Shown one piece after another: positions 9,665 through 19,559 of a stretch of 64,000 nucleotides of DNA. The notes beneath the pieces are model-generated. The model searched no databases. It was given only the letters and a program-made list of their open reading frames with translations, and was not told the origin of the DNA. Positions within the stretch are counted from its first letter, which is position 1. The number at the start of each line of letters is the position of its first letter. The translations under genes and the position numbers were made by a program. Origin of the DNA: Actinomycetes bacterium (GTDB taxonomy: Bacteria > Auribacterota > JAJCYG01); the NCBI GenBank assembly GCA_029263055.1, contig JAJCYG010000036.1:6708-70707 (forward strand), read 5' to 3'.

Positions 9665-11107
9665 TTATTCATCTTTGGCTGGAAAGGTTAGGTTAAAGAC
9701 GGTTCCTTTGCCTTCTGTGCTCTCTACAGAAATTGTTCCGTTATGAGAGAGCACAATGGATTGAACTAACGAAAGCCCTAGGCCATAGCCTTTGCTGTTT
9801 CTCGATTTGTCTGTCCGGTAGAAGCGATTAAAAAGGTGTGGGAGATCTGTTGTAGAGATTCCTTTGCCATTGTCTTTGATTGTCACAGAGATCGTGCCAT
9901 TATTTCGTTTAGCTTCAACTTCAATGAGGTCTGCCTTAGCATGCTTGGCAGCATTAGATGTGAGGTTATAAAGAGCCTGGTTTAGAAGTCTATAATTACC
10001 TTGGATAGTTAATGGGATTTGTCTGTCTGTTTTTGTTTCTACTTTTGTGGATTGGTTTTCTGCCTCTAAAAGTATCTGAGTCTGTTCTTGAACTTCTTCA
10101 ATTAATTGAGTGAGATTAAATGTTTCTGTCTCCTGAGGTTTGTTTTTTCTGGCATCAAGCTTAGCAAGCAGGAGTAGGTTTTTAATAATTGCGATGAGGT
10201 GGTTGACTTCGTTTAGACTTTCTGTGAGAAGTAATTGGTATTCACTCGACGTTCTTTCTCGGGTTAGTGCCACCTCTATAGATCCTTTTAAGGCTGTTAA
10301 TGGTGTATTTAGTTCATGTGACGCAGCAGCGCTAAACTGTTTTTCTCGTTCAAAGGAGGTCTCTAGTCTAAATAGCATTTGTTTTAAGGACTCAGTTAGT
10401 TTTTGAATTTCAATAGGCCCTTTTTGAGGGAGGTCAATTGATTGAAAATTCTCTGCTTCTTTAATTTTTTCTGCTTCTTGTACGATTTTGTCTAGAGGCT
10501 TTAGTCCTTGTTTAGAAATAAAGTAAATAATGATAGAGGACAAAATTGAAATAATAGGTATCCAGACCAGTAAAGTGGCTAAAAATCGTTTTGTGGCCCA
10601 ATAAACATTTTTTAATGATTTTGCAATGATGATGTGATAAATCTGTCCCTCTTTGTCTCGGTAAAGATAATGGAGTTGTATAAGAGGTGTCTCTTTATTG
10701 ATGGCATCTGCTTTAAATGAAGTCGTATTGACTTTTAAGCCAGTATTAAAAATAGGCATCCTCTTGTTTCGTGCATTGGGAGATCTGAAAAGTTTTGTGT
10801 GGCCTTGCCTTTGAATCCAAACCAGTTCATTGATTCCTTCAAGATCTTCTTCTAGGTCGACTTCTTCTTCGGTATGACCTAGTTCTTTAGCTAGCTTAAA
10901 CTCATCATTGTCTTCATCAATAATTCGAGTGAGTAGTTTGACTTGATTGGTTAGGTTCTTTTTTACTTCTAAGTCTGTTACTTTTTTATAAGAATAAAAA
11001 AGAACAGCAACAGTCGTAATCATGGCACCGACAAGAATCAATGAGTTGAATAAGGTTAAACGTGTTTTAAAAGAGCTAAACAGATTCAGTTTTTTCTTTA
11101 AGGACAT
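9665..11107 (-). CDS. Sensor histidine kinase, CusS/ColS/PmrB-like (HAMP-HisKA-HATPase); likely start 11107 rather than 11212
   Basis: Two TM segments, ASHELNTPL, NAAKH, DNGKGI, GYGLGL; SD AGAGG before ATG 11107. Confidence 0.9.
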   Translation of the reverse strand: MSLKKKLNLFSSFKTRLTLFNSLILVGAMITTVAVLFYSYKKVTDLEVKKNLTNQVKLLTRIIDEDNDEFKLAKELGHTEEEVDLEEDLEGINELVWIQRQGHTKLFRSPNARNKRMPIFNTGLKVNTTSFKADAINKETPLIQLHYLYRDKEGQIYHIIIAKSLKNVYWATKRFLATLLVWIPIISILSSIIIYFISKQGLKPLDKIVQEAEKIKEAENFQSIDLPQKGPIEIQKLTESLKQMLFRLETSFEREKQFSAAASHELNTPLTALKGSIEVALTRERTSSEYQLLLTESLNEVNHLIAIIKNLLLLAKLDARKNKPQETETFNLTQLIEEVQEQTQILLEAENQSTKVETKTDRQIPLTIQGNYRLLNQALYNLTSNAAKHAKADLIEVEAKRNNGTISVTIKDNGKGISTTDLPHLFNRFYRTDKSRNSKGYGLGLSLVQSIVLSHNGTISVESTEGKGTVFNLTFPAKDE

Positions 11108-11759
11108 AGCCTCTACCTCTAAGTGTGTGAATAAATTTGTTTGGACTCTCTTGACTGATTTTATTGCGTAACCGATTAATGTAGACATCAATAATATTAG
11201 TCTCTGTATCAAAGTTTAATCCCCAAACATTTTCAGCAATCATGGTTCGAGTGAGAACTATGTTGGGATTGCGCATGAAATATTCTAAAAGAGTGTATTC
11301 TTTTGTTGTTAGTTCTATAAGCTTTTCATTACATTTTGCTTGGTGTTTCACAGTATCGAGTTCTATATTTTGGATTTGAATAAGGTGGGATGTTATTGAT
11401 GTTCCTCTGCGTAATAGGGCGCGAATACGTGCCAAAAGCTCGGCAAAGGAAAAGGGCTTGGTTAAGTAATCGTCTGCCCCTGCATTAAGACCTTTGATCT
11501 TGTCTTCAACTACATCCTTAGCTGTGAGCATTAGGATTGGAGTTGAAATATTGTTTCCTCGAATCTCTTGGCAGACTTGAAAGCCATCTTTAATAGGCAA
11601 AAGGATATCTAGGAGAATGAGGTCATATGGAGCGTTAATCGCGTAATCAATCCCATCTTGGCCGTTATTAACTACATCAACGATATAGCTCTCCTCTTCA
11701 AGTCCTTTTTTGATGAAACTAGAGACTTTGGGCTGATCTTCTATCACAAGAATTTTCAT
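11076..11759 (-). CDS. OmpR/CusR-family response regulator (likely start 11759, MKILVIED)
   Basis: REC domain (ED, LLD, LTAK, KPF) plus winged helix ending HTLRGRGY. Confidence 0.93.
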   Translation of the reverse strand: MKILVIEDQPKVSSFIKKGLEEESYIVDVVNNGQDGIDYAINAPYDLILLDILLPIKDGFQVCQEIRGNNISTPILMLTAKDVVEDKIKGLNAGADDYLTKPFSFAELLARIRALLRRGTSITSHLIQIQNIELDTVKHQAKCNEKLIELTTKEYTLLEYFMRNPNIVLTRTMIAENVWGLNFDTETNIIDVYINRLRNKISQESPNKFIHTLRGRGYVLKEKTESV

Positions 11760-11794
11760 AGCGTGGTAGTTTAGCATACAATAGGGACTCATCC

Positions 11795-11832
11795 TTACAG
11801 ATACTTAATATTATATTAATAAGTATCTGTAA
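11795..11832. promoter_or_regulatory. 13-bp perfect inverted repeat (TTACAGATACTTA-N12-TAAGTATCTGTAA) in the divergent intergenic region
   Basis: Read directly; 35 bp upstream of the regulator start; no U-tail. Confidence 0.55.
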
Positions 11833-12087
11833 ATAAATATTTTATGATTATTATATTTTGATTTGTCTCAATTTTTCTTCTATGAAGAGGTGCTCGAGAG
11901 AGGCTTAAATAAATTTTTGACCCAGATCTTGGGGTAAGGTTCTTCTGACGTGGGGCTTGCTACACAATATGCTTCAAGTTATCAAATTGAGGTTATTGAC
12001 ATAATTGTAAGTATTTACAAATTTGGAATAAGTTGATAGCCTAATCGAGTTCGTTTTCTTAACCCTTAAAAGAGAAGATAGGCAGTC

Positions 12088-13899
12088 ATGAAAAACCAGT
12101 CAAACACTGTCGACCGTCGTAAGTTTAATCGAACAGAAATAGCTCCTAAAGAGAGTTATTCTTTTCAGGCTTATTCTCTTAAACGAAACATGCCAGAACA
12201 GTTAATGGGTGAATTACTCGATTTTTCTCTTCAAGGTGCTGGCATAAAACTCCTTTCAGTTCAAAACCCTTTAAATAAAGGGGATTTTCTTTATGGAATC
12301 CAATTTGGCCGTCCTGATGGCGAAGAGGTTTCCAAAGCTGTGGGTGTGATTCGCTCAACCGACACTGTACTTGATGACAGTGGCCAACCTTTTTGGAGAG
12401 TTGGCGTCGAGCTTATCAATATCCCTGGCGAGCAAAAGAATGCTGTCTCCAATTCAGAATTTCCAGTTCGTCCTCAACGTTATGAAATTGACGCTGAATG
12501 CGAAGAGCTCACCGAAGTTGCTTTTCAAATAGATAACGAATCTCTTTTCGGAAAACTACACAATGTTTCTAAATTTGGTTTAGCGGTTAAGATTGGCCGA
12601 GAAGCGCCACTAAAATTAAACGTAGGTCGTTATTTAGAGGGTGTTGAAGTTAAAGTTGATGGCGAAATGGTTTTTACAGGGTTTTTAGTGATCCGTAATT
12701 TGCGCCAAACTCAAGACTTTACTCTGATCGGTTGTGAAGTAACAGGAAGTTTAATTGATGTGGATCAAATTTTAGAAAATCAGAAAATAGTTCATTACAA
12801 ATCAAGAGCCAAAGAAAAATGTCTTTCCTTAAGTGAAATCCAACGTATTCCAAATGATTTTAAGGCTCTCGTCGCTGATTTTCGTTATTGCTTAGATAAA
12901 TTTCATAACGAACTAGAGCGTCCCTACGCCAATGATTCTAAAGATAAAGTGGTCCGAGAAGTTTATCCTTTATTTAAATCTCTTGTAGATGAAGTTTATT
13001 CAAAGTTCCGTCGTTGCGTTGAAAATATTTCAGCAGAAGAACATGAATCGTACAAAAACTATTTTCAAAAACAATTGCACCCTCTTTTATTAACCGCCCC
13101 TTTTATTAAACACACCTATCAAAAGCCACTTGGTTATGCGGGTGACTATGACATGGTGCTTAAGGTGTTAGACAAAGAGATCGAAGGGTCGACCTTTCTT
13201 TCAAAACTGCTCAACATGTATTGTTGGAATATGAACGCGGCTGAAGCCCATCGAAATCGAATCACTTATTTAGTTGATTTGCTTCAAGAGGTTGTCAGTA
13301 CTAAAGAACATCGCGAGATCTTAGTGATTGGATCTGGGCCTGCTCGGGAAATTAAACTCTTTTTAAATAAGGCTCCAGCAGATGTTGATTGTACGTTTAC
13401 GCTGCTTGATTTTGATTCAAGAGCGCTCACTCATAGCCAAGAAGAATTGCTTTCTGAGGTGTTGAAAAATCGCTCAAACGTAAAAATCAAATTTATGAAC
13501 AAAAGTGTGCGCCAAATCATTAAGTCCAAGAGCTGTGATACTAATACTGGTAAGTATGATCTGGTTTACTGCGCGGGGCTATTTGATTATCTTTCAGATC
13601 CATTCTGCGTTAAGATGCTGGAAATAATGGGATTACATCTAAAACCTACAGGGCGTATGATTGCCACAAACGTGACAGAGCTCAATTATTACCGATACTT
13701 CATGGAATTCATGGGAGAGTGGTATTTGACACACCGGTCTCTCGATGCTATGTTGAACTTAGCGACTGGTTTACAGAAAAAACATGGGATGTTCGCAGAC
13801 TGTGAAGTGGATGCCACAGGGGTTAATGTATTCTTAAATGTTCAAAAAAGCAAAGAAAACACAGGCACAGCAGACTCCAGCCTTACAAAGTGCTTATAA
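12088..13899 (+). CDS. PhcB-like SAM-dependent methyltransferase (3-hydroxy fatty acid methyl ester signal synthase family) with N-terminal PilZ-like domains
   Basis: KPLGYAGDY, AHRNR, GSGPAREI, LLDFD, YCAGLFDYLSD, EWYLTHRS. N-terminus has RRKFNR...DFSLQGAG and RPQRY...NVSKFG, PilZ-like RxxxR / (D/N)xSxxG motifs. Confidence 0.75.
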   Translation: MKNQSNTVDRRKFNRTEIAPKESYSFQAYSLKRNMPEQLMGELLDFSLQGAGIKLLSVQNPLNKGDFLYGIQFGRPDGEEVSKAVGVIRSTDTVLDDSGQPFWRVGVELINIPGEQKNAVSNSEFPVRPQRYEIDAECEELTEVAFQIDNESLFGKLHNVSKFGLAVKIGREAPLKLNVGRYLEGVEVKVDGEMVFTGFLVIRNLRQTQDFTLIGCEVTGSLIDVDQILENQKIVHYKSRAKEKCLSLSEIQRIPNDFKALVADFRYCLDKFHNELERPYANDSKDKVVREVYPLFKSLVDEVYSKFRRCVENISAEEHESYKNYFQKQLHPLLLTAPFIKHTYQKPLGYAGDYDMVLKVLDKEIEGSTFLSKLLNMYCWNMNAAEAHRNRITYLVDLLQEVVSTKEHREILVIGSGPAREIKLFLNKAPADVDCTFTLLDFDSRALTHSQEELLSEVLKNRSNVKIKFMNKSVRQIIKSKSCDTNTGKYDLVYCAGLFDYLSDPFCVKMLEIMGLHLKPTGRMIATNVTELNYYRYFMEFMGEWYLTHRSLDAMLNLATGLQKKHGMFADCEVDATGVNVFLNVQKSKENTGTADSSLTKCL

Positions 13900-16399
13900 A
13901 TCCTATATAGTCCAATCTAATATCAAACGTCTCCGGGTGGGTTGCTTGCTCGGTGGTACTTTAGTGCCTCTTGGTTCTCTTTTCGATTACTTCATTTATC
14001 CAGAGCTTTTTAAATCGTTTCTTCTTGTTAGGTTATTCTTTGGCCTACTCTACGGTTTGATCTACCTTGTTTCATTTACAGAATTCACTAGAAAGCATTC
14101 TGTTGGGATGATGCTTTTCTTAACAGAGTCCATTGCCATTCCTATTGTGATGATGATCTGTTTTACCGGTGGGTATCTCTCGCCTTATTATGCGGGCCTT
14201 AATCTTATTATTTTAGGCGTAGGGGTATTGTTTACTTGGATGATCTCTGAAGCTGTGATTGTTTGTCTCTTGATCTATCTAACTTATTTAATTCCTGTTC
14301 TATTATTAGATACAATTACCGACTACCACACTTTTTTTAATAACAATTATTTTATTTCCTTTACGATTATCATTGCTGTAGTGAGTAACTACTTTGCTTC
14401 AAAATTGCGCGAAAGTGATTTTGTGAGTCGTCACAAACTAGGGGCAGCGGTCAAGCAGTTGAATGAACTTGATAAAGCAAAAACCAGTTTTTTCTCAGGT
14501 ATCAGCCACGAATTAAGAACGCCTTTAACTTTGATCTTAGCTCCTATTGAAAATTTATTAAAACAATCTAAATTAAACAAAGAAACCAGAGGTCGTTTAG
14601 AAATATGCCATAGCAATGCGCTCCGTCTTTTAAAATTAATTAACAATTTATTGGATGTGGTTCGCATTAACACAGGGCGAATGGAGTTGCGCTATTCTAA
14701 TAAAGACGTGACAAAATTGTTAAAACAAGTTGTGGTCAATGTTTCATCAATGGCTGAGAAGAAAAATATTAAAATAGAGTTTGTCTCTAAAGGAAATGGG
14801 TTCACCTTTTTTTGGGATGAAGATCAGCTGGAAAAAGTGATTGTGAATTTAATTTATAACTCTTTAAAATTTACCCCTGAACAAGGAACCATTAAGGTGG
14901 GGTGTAAAGATAAAGGGGATGAGGTTGTTATTTCTATTAAAGATAGCGGAATTGGTATTCCAGAAGATCAAGTGGGAAGAGTATTTGACACCTTTTATCA
15001 GGTCGACTCAGGGAGCAAGCGAAGTTATGAGGGGAGTGGAATGGGACTTTCTTTATGCCGTCAAATCGTGGAATTGCATGGAGGCAAGATTTGGGCTGAA
15101 AGCAAACTAGGCGAAGGAACAAAAATGATTTTCACCCTTCCTAAGAAATTGGAGGTAAATGCTTCGAAGATAAAGACTGAAATCAAGGACGAAGATTGGA
15201 CCAAGCAAGTTAGTAAAGAAGCTATTTATGAAAAAGGTGAAGTCGGTATTTTAGATAGTGAAGATAAAAAGAGGGCTGCAGAGCCTGATCAAACAAATCA
15301 TGACGGATCAGGAACCGTTTTAGTGGTTGAAGATAATCATGATATGCGTGAGTTTGTCTGTCTTGAAATGGCCAATACATACACTGTTTTGAGTGCTATG
15401 AATGGGCAAGAAGGTTTAGAAATTGCAGAGAAAGAAAGTCCTGATTTGATTATTAGCGATGTGATGATGCCGGTGATGGATGGTTATGAGTTGTGCCGTC
15501 ATTTAAAAGCAGGTGAAAAGACCAAACAAATCCCAGTGCTCATGCTCACAGCTAAAACAGAACTCGACATGCGCCTCTCAGGGTATGAACAGGGTGCTGA
15601 TGATTATGTGGCTAAGCCATTTAATTTAGAAGAGCTTATGGCTAAAGCTAAAGCTTTAATCCAAGGGCGTCGACTCGAGCGTGAGATGGAAGTTTACCGT
15701 CGCCTTGCCTCTGTTGGAGAGTTGGCAGCAGGTGTGGCCCATGAAATTAATAACGCGCTCAATGTGGCTGTATTAGCAAACTCTCGATTGAAAAAATTGG
15801 TCACTAATCAAGCTGGAGGTGAGCAGTTACAGGTTGAAACGTTTTTAAAGGAATCAGGCAAAGGAATAGACCTCTTAAACGAAGGGATTGGTCGTGCACA
15901 TGGTGTGGTAAAAAGTCTCTTAACTTTTTCACAAAAAAATTCAGAAGGATTTAAAAAACAAAATATTCAAGAAGGTTTGAATTCTACTTTAACCATGCTT
16001 GAGAGTGATCTCAAAATAAAAGCAAAAGTAGTTAAAGTTTATTCTAAAGAAAATGAAGCTTATTGTGATTTAAATCAGCTGAATCAAGTCTTTCTCAATA
16101 TTTTGAAAAACTCAATTGAAGCGATTACTGAAAATGGGATAATTACTCTTAAGACGTGGGTGGATGAAGAAAATTATTTTGTGTCGATTAAAGACAATGG
16201 ACATGGTATTGCCAAAGAAGAGGTTGGCCGAATTTTTGATCCTTTTTTTACAACAAAGCCAGTGGGTCAGGGAACAGGATTAGGTTTGAGTGTGAGCTAC
16301 AATATTATGCAGGAGCATGGTGGTTCACTTATTTGCAAAAGCGAACCCGACCAAGGGGCCGAGTTCATTCTTTCGCTTCCAATCTCGTTAACTAAATAA
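13838..16399 (+). CDS. Membrane hybrid histidine kinase (about 6 TM-HisKA-HATPase-REC-HisKA-HATPase), PhcS-like
   Basis: SHELRTPL, GSGMGL, SDVMMP/KPF receiver, second AHEINN box and FFTTKPVGQGTGLGL. Confidence 0.9.
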   Translation: MFKKAKKTQAQQTPALQSAYKSYIVQSNIKRLRVGCLLGGTLVPLGSLFDYFIYPELFKSFLLVRLFFGLLYGLIYLVSFTEFTRKHSVGMMLFLTESIAIPIVMMICFTGGYLSPYYAGLNLIILGVGVLFTWMISEAVIVCLLIYLTYLIPVLLLDTITDYHTFFNNNYFISFTIIIAVVSNYFASKLRESDFVSRHKLGAAVKQLNELDKAKTSFFSGISHELRTPLTLILAPIENLLKQSKLNKETRGRLEICHSNALRLLKLINNLLDVVRINTGRMELRYSNKDVTKLLKQVVVNVSSMAEKKNIKIEFVSKGNGFTFFWDEDQLEKVIVNLIYNSLKFTPEQGTIKVGCKDKGDEVVISIKDSGIGIPEDQVGRVFDTFYQVDSGSKRSYEGSGMGLSLCRQIVELHGGKIWAESKLGEGTKMIFTLPKKLEVNASKIKTEIKDEDWTKQVSKEAIYEKGEVGILDSEDKKRAAEPDQTNHDGSGTVLVVEDNHDMREFVCLEMANTYTVLSAMNGQEGLEIAEKESPDLIISDVMMPVMDGYELCRHLKAGEKTKQIPVLMLTAKTELDMRLSGYEQGADDYVAKPFNLEELMAKAKALIQGRRLEREMEVYRRLASVGELAAGVAHEINNALNVAVLANSRLKKLVTNQAGGEQLQVETFLKESGKGIDLLNEGIGRAHGVVKSLLTFSQKNSEGFKKQNIQEGLNSTLTMLESDLKIKAKVVKVYSKENEAYCDLNQLNQVFLNILKNSIEAITENGIITLKTWVDEENYFVSIKDNGHGIAKEEVGRIFDPFFTTKPVGQGTGLGLSVSYNIMQEHGGSLICKSEPDQGAEFILSLPISLTK

Positions 16400-16408
16400 T
16401 CTCTTTAA

Positions 16409-16822
16409 TTATTCTTTTTTCCAAACTAAACCAACAACAGCACCGAGTAATAGATACTCGATAAAACTACCCGCACCCCAGTAGATCGCTAGCATTTTAG
16501 GCATAGGTAAAACAGCATACCAACCTAATGCCATCATTGGAGCAAGCATCATTCCTATCAGTGCTCCGAATCGTAATCCTTGGCTTAAGCCACTTTTGCC
16601 CTCTTCATAGCCTTTGGAATAAATACAGACAAAAAATGGTGCAAAGATTAAGTAGCCAAGCCACATCATCCACATCATGCTTTCCATCTCTGCTTTAGAG
16701 CGCCAAAGAGCTGCGGTCTCTTCGTAGATGCCGCTTAAGCAAAGACCATGGATAACAAACTCAACAGCAAACATTGCAATAAAAACAGCAATGCTCGCGA
16801 GCAGACAGTATTTATGTTTCAT
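16409..16822 (-). CDS. Hypothetical 4-TM membrane protein (DUF1761-like)
   Basis: Four hydrophobic helices, GLRFG motif, GGAGG SD. Confidence 0.75.
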   Translation of the reverse strand: MKHKYCLLASIAVFIAMFAVEFVIHGLCLSGIYEETAALWRSKAEMESMMWMMWLGYLIFAPFFVCIYSKGYEEGKSGLSQGLRFGALIGMMLAPMMALGWYAVLPMPKMLAIYWGAGSFIEYLLLGAVVGLVWKKE

Positions 16823-16939
16823 GAAAGAACCTCCATATAGTGTTGATGATACAAAAGTATACTATATGTAGTAGGGCTTGAGGGGTTTTGTTAAACTTTG
16901 TTCTGTAAGCTCTTCTTACTTAGTTAATTGTAATTAAGC

Positions 16940-17467
16940 TTATTTTGTTCGAGTTAGTTCGATAACAGTTGCATTTGCTCGCTTTCCTTCTTCATAATAA
17001 GCCCATTCATGCTTGATGTTCTTATTATCTTTTAAGGTAATGCTAAGGCTATGCATATGAGGTTCTTTAATCAAGTTGCGTGGATTAAGCCGTGAGTAAT
17101 CAAGAACAATTTTATTTGGTTCTGATTTTTTTAGCGTCATGATCGGTTGATTGCCTAAAGCGCAATAGTGAGTCATGATGAGCTCTCCATTGCGATCATG
17201 GTAAATAGAAACCATTTCTTGTGGCGTGCCTGGAAAGAGTGTTTCAACGATGGCGCTATCATTAGAGGTAAGTCTATACTCGGCAGTGATGGGTTGTTTT
17301 TTTTCTGTATCAGGCATAGGCATCTCGCCTTTCCAACTCCCTTTTAACATTTTGAGTTGTTCAAATTCTTTTGAACCGGTATAGGGTTCTTTGGGATGCC
17401 CTTTTTGTGCTAAGGCGGGTAGAGCTATTAATAACAGTAAAACTAAAGTGCTCATAAGTATTTTCAT
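16940..17467 (-). CDS. Exported conserved hypothetical protein
   Basis: Signal peptide ending ALA; ETLFPGTPQEM and MTHYCALGNQP blocks; AAGGAG SD; ATGA overlap with upstream gene. Confidence 0.75.
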   Translation of the reverse strand: MKILMSTLVLLLLIALPALAQKGHPKEPYTGSKEFEQLKMLKGSWKGEMPMPDTEKKQPITAEYRLTSNDSAIVETLFPGTPQEMVSIYHDRNGELIMTHYCALGNQPIMTLKKSEPNKIVLDYSRLNPRNLIKEPHMHSLSITLKDNKNIKHEWAYYEEGKRANATVIELTRTK

Positions 17468-19446
17468 TTATTCTCCTTAAGAGTTTCTTGATGGGTCAGC
17501 AAAGTTGAAATCCTAATTGGAAGCACAACCATTTGTTGGCCTTCAAATTGAAGTCTGCGTTGTAGTTCAAATGAGGTGTTGTTATGTAGTATTCGTGTGA
17601 ATTGACTTTCTTGGTCAAAAATAAGTTGCCCACCAAAGAAAACACCTAAAGGAAATTCTTTAGCCACTTCCAAGCAGAGCTGCTCTAATTCAGGAAGGGG
17701 GTCTGTTCCTAATTTATAACGATATTCAGCATAATAACCTAAATCATTACAATATTTCACATATCTCTTTAAGCTTTCAGCTGTTGATTTTTGAAGATTG
17801 TGAACTTCTTTAACACCTTTGAATTGACCATAATCTAAAATCCCTGTGCTAATAAAAACAAAGTTTCTAAAATTACGTCCAAATAAGCGAATGATGTTCC
17901 AAATACAGTGAATCCCCATCCCGTCAAATTCTTTGACCATGATAATGGCTGTTGGTTTTTTAGGCTCTGGTTTTGACGTATCTTCTTGGCCATGCGTTAA
18001 AGGAGTGAGGTCGGTTACTTCTTTTAAACGGTGAATGACTTGAGAGACCCGGTTATAATGGCGTTTGATTTTAAGACAAATCCAAATGATGCCTGCGTTG
18101 ATAACAAGAGAAATCCAACCGCCATCGTAAAAGCGTGTCACAAAAATAACAACCAATGTTCCGCCAGTAATTAAAACACCGCAGTTGTTAATTAAAAATT
18201 TAACCCAAACTTTAAAACCTCTGTTGAGTCGTCTTCCCCAATGCACAGACATGCCTAGTGTGAATAAGAAAAAGGTGACAAACACATTGATACTATAAAG
18301 GATGACAAGGGTTTTTATTTTTGCACCAGTTAGAAAAATAATGGCAATAGCGGCAATCCCCATAAAAATAACACCATTACCCACAACCAATCGATCGCTC
18401 ATATTGACAAATCGACGAGGAAGCCAGCCATCTAAAGCCATGTTAGCCATGACACGAGGGCCTCCAACATAACCCGTTTGAGCCGCAACAAAGAGAAGGG
18501 CTCCTTCTGAGAGAATCGTGATAAAAACAATGCCGACTCCGATAGGTAGCCCATTTATTTCCCAGCTTCCCCATGCTCTTTGTAGGAGGGTGGCGTTCAT
18601 GGTTTTTCCTGGTTCTTCAACCAAGTCAAACAACATGTAGTTCACAAACAAACCTCCAGCAATAACAGCTAAAGAGATACCAGCATAGAGCAATGTTTTT
18701 TTAGCGGTTTGGGCTTTAGGTTCTTTTAAGATATCAGTGGAATTGCTAACCGCTTCAATCCCGGTAAAGGTACCGGCGCCTAAACTATAAGCTTTAAATA
18801 GGATTAGAAGGAGTGCTAGTAAACTCCCTGTTTCAATGGCGCTTGAAAATTCTTTTTTTGAACCTGTTATCATTTCAGGTAAATGTTCGGCTTGGGTGAC
18901 AATACCATAGACAACAAGTAAAAAGTGGGAAATGATAAAAATAAGAAAAATAGGGAGTAGGGCGATAATCGATTCTTTAACGCCTCTTAGATTAATCAAA
19001 ATCATGAGGGCAATAATGAACGCAATTGTGATCATTTTATAGGACTGAAATTCTATGGGCAAAAGACTAAAGAGCGCTTCAACGCCGCTTGTGATTGAGA
19101 TGGCAACGGTTAGAACGTAATCAACTAATAAGGCGCTTCCTGAAACCAATCCTGCTTTGGCTCCGAGTAGTTTTGAGGCAACAAGGTAGCCTCCTCCGCG
19201 ATTGGGAAAGAGCTCAACCCCTTGAGAGTAACTGGCTGTAAGAATAAAAATAGTAAAGAACATCATGAGCATTAAAGGAAAGGCTAAATAGTGGTGTTCG
19301 CCTAGCGCGATGAAAGCTTGCGCCGGGCCGTAGCAAGAGGAACTTAATCCATCAGATCCTAATCCAACCCAAGCTAAAACAGCACCAAGACTGATGCTTT
19401 TAAAGAGTTGAGGATCAAGTAAGTTATTTTTCTTTTTTTTGCTCAT
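17464..19446 (-). CDS. APC family permease, KimA/YdaO-like (possible K+/H+ symporter)
   Basis: GSDGLSSSCYG, GGGY, LLVDYVLTVA, TGIEAVSN, LYSINVF, LHNNT. Confidence 0.8.
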   Translation of the reverse strand: MSKKKKNNLLDPQLFKSISLGAVLAWVGLGSDGLSSSCYGPAQAFIALGEHHYLAFPLMLMMFFTIFILTASYSQGVELFPNRGGGYLVASKLLGAKAGLVSGSALLVDYVLTVAISITSGVEALFSLLPIEFQSYKMITIAFIIALMILINLRGVKESIIALLPIFLIFIISHFLLVVYGIVTQAEHLPEMITGSKKEFSSAIETGSLLALLLILFKAYSLGAGTFTGIEAVSNSTDILKEPKAQTAKKTLLYAGISLAVIAGGLFVNYMLFDLVEEPGKTMNATLLQRAWGSWEINGLPIGVGIVFITILSEGALLFVAAQTGYVGGPRVMANMALDGWLPRRFVNMSDRLVVGNGVIFMGIAAIAIIFLTGAKIKTLVILYSINVFVTFFLFTLGMSVHWGRRLNRGFKVWVKFLINNCGVLITGGTLVVIFVTRFYDGGWISLVINAGIIWICLKIKRHYNRVSQVIHRLKEVTDLTPLTHGQEDTSKPEPKKPTAIIMVKEFDGMGIHCIWNIIRLFGRNFRNFVFISTGILDYGQFKGVKEVHNLQKSTAESLKRYVKYCNDLGYYAEYRYKLGTDPLPELEQLCLEVAKEFPLGVFFGGQLIFDQESQFTRILHNNTSFELQRRLQFEGQQMVVLPIRISTLLTHQETLKENK

Positions 19447-19559
19447 TAGCTGAAAATTTTATGCTTTTTGTCTCTGTGGCACAACTAAATAGTGATCTTT
19501 ATCATAGTATGCTAAAATAAAGGTATGAATGATCTCAACTCATTAAAAGCCATAGCCTT

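Noticed and set aside
9665..11212. Long N-terminal extensions in the track for the kinase (11212), regulator (11792), msrB (21838), sufC (29858), sufD (30649) and waaF (54448)
   Set aside because: Downstream ATGs have better SD or coupling and match where the domains begin.
11946..11961. sigma54-like TGACGTGGGGCTTGCT
   Set aside because: Lacks the invariant GG at -24.
19447..19559. Possible c-di-AMP (ydaO) riboswitch before the KimA-like gene
   Set aside because: Region is short and AT-rich, without the GC-rich paired elements.
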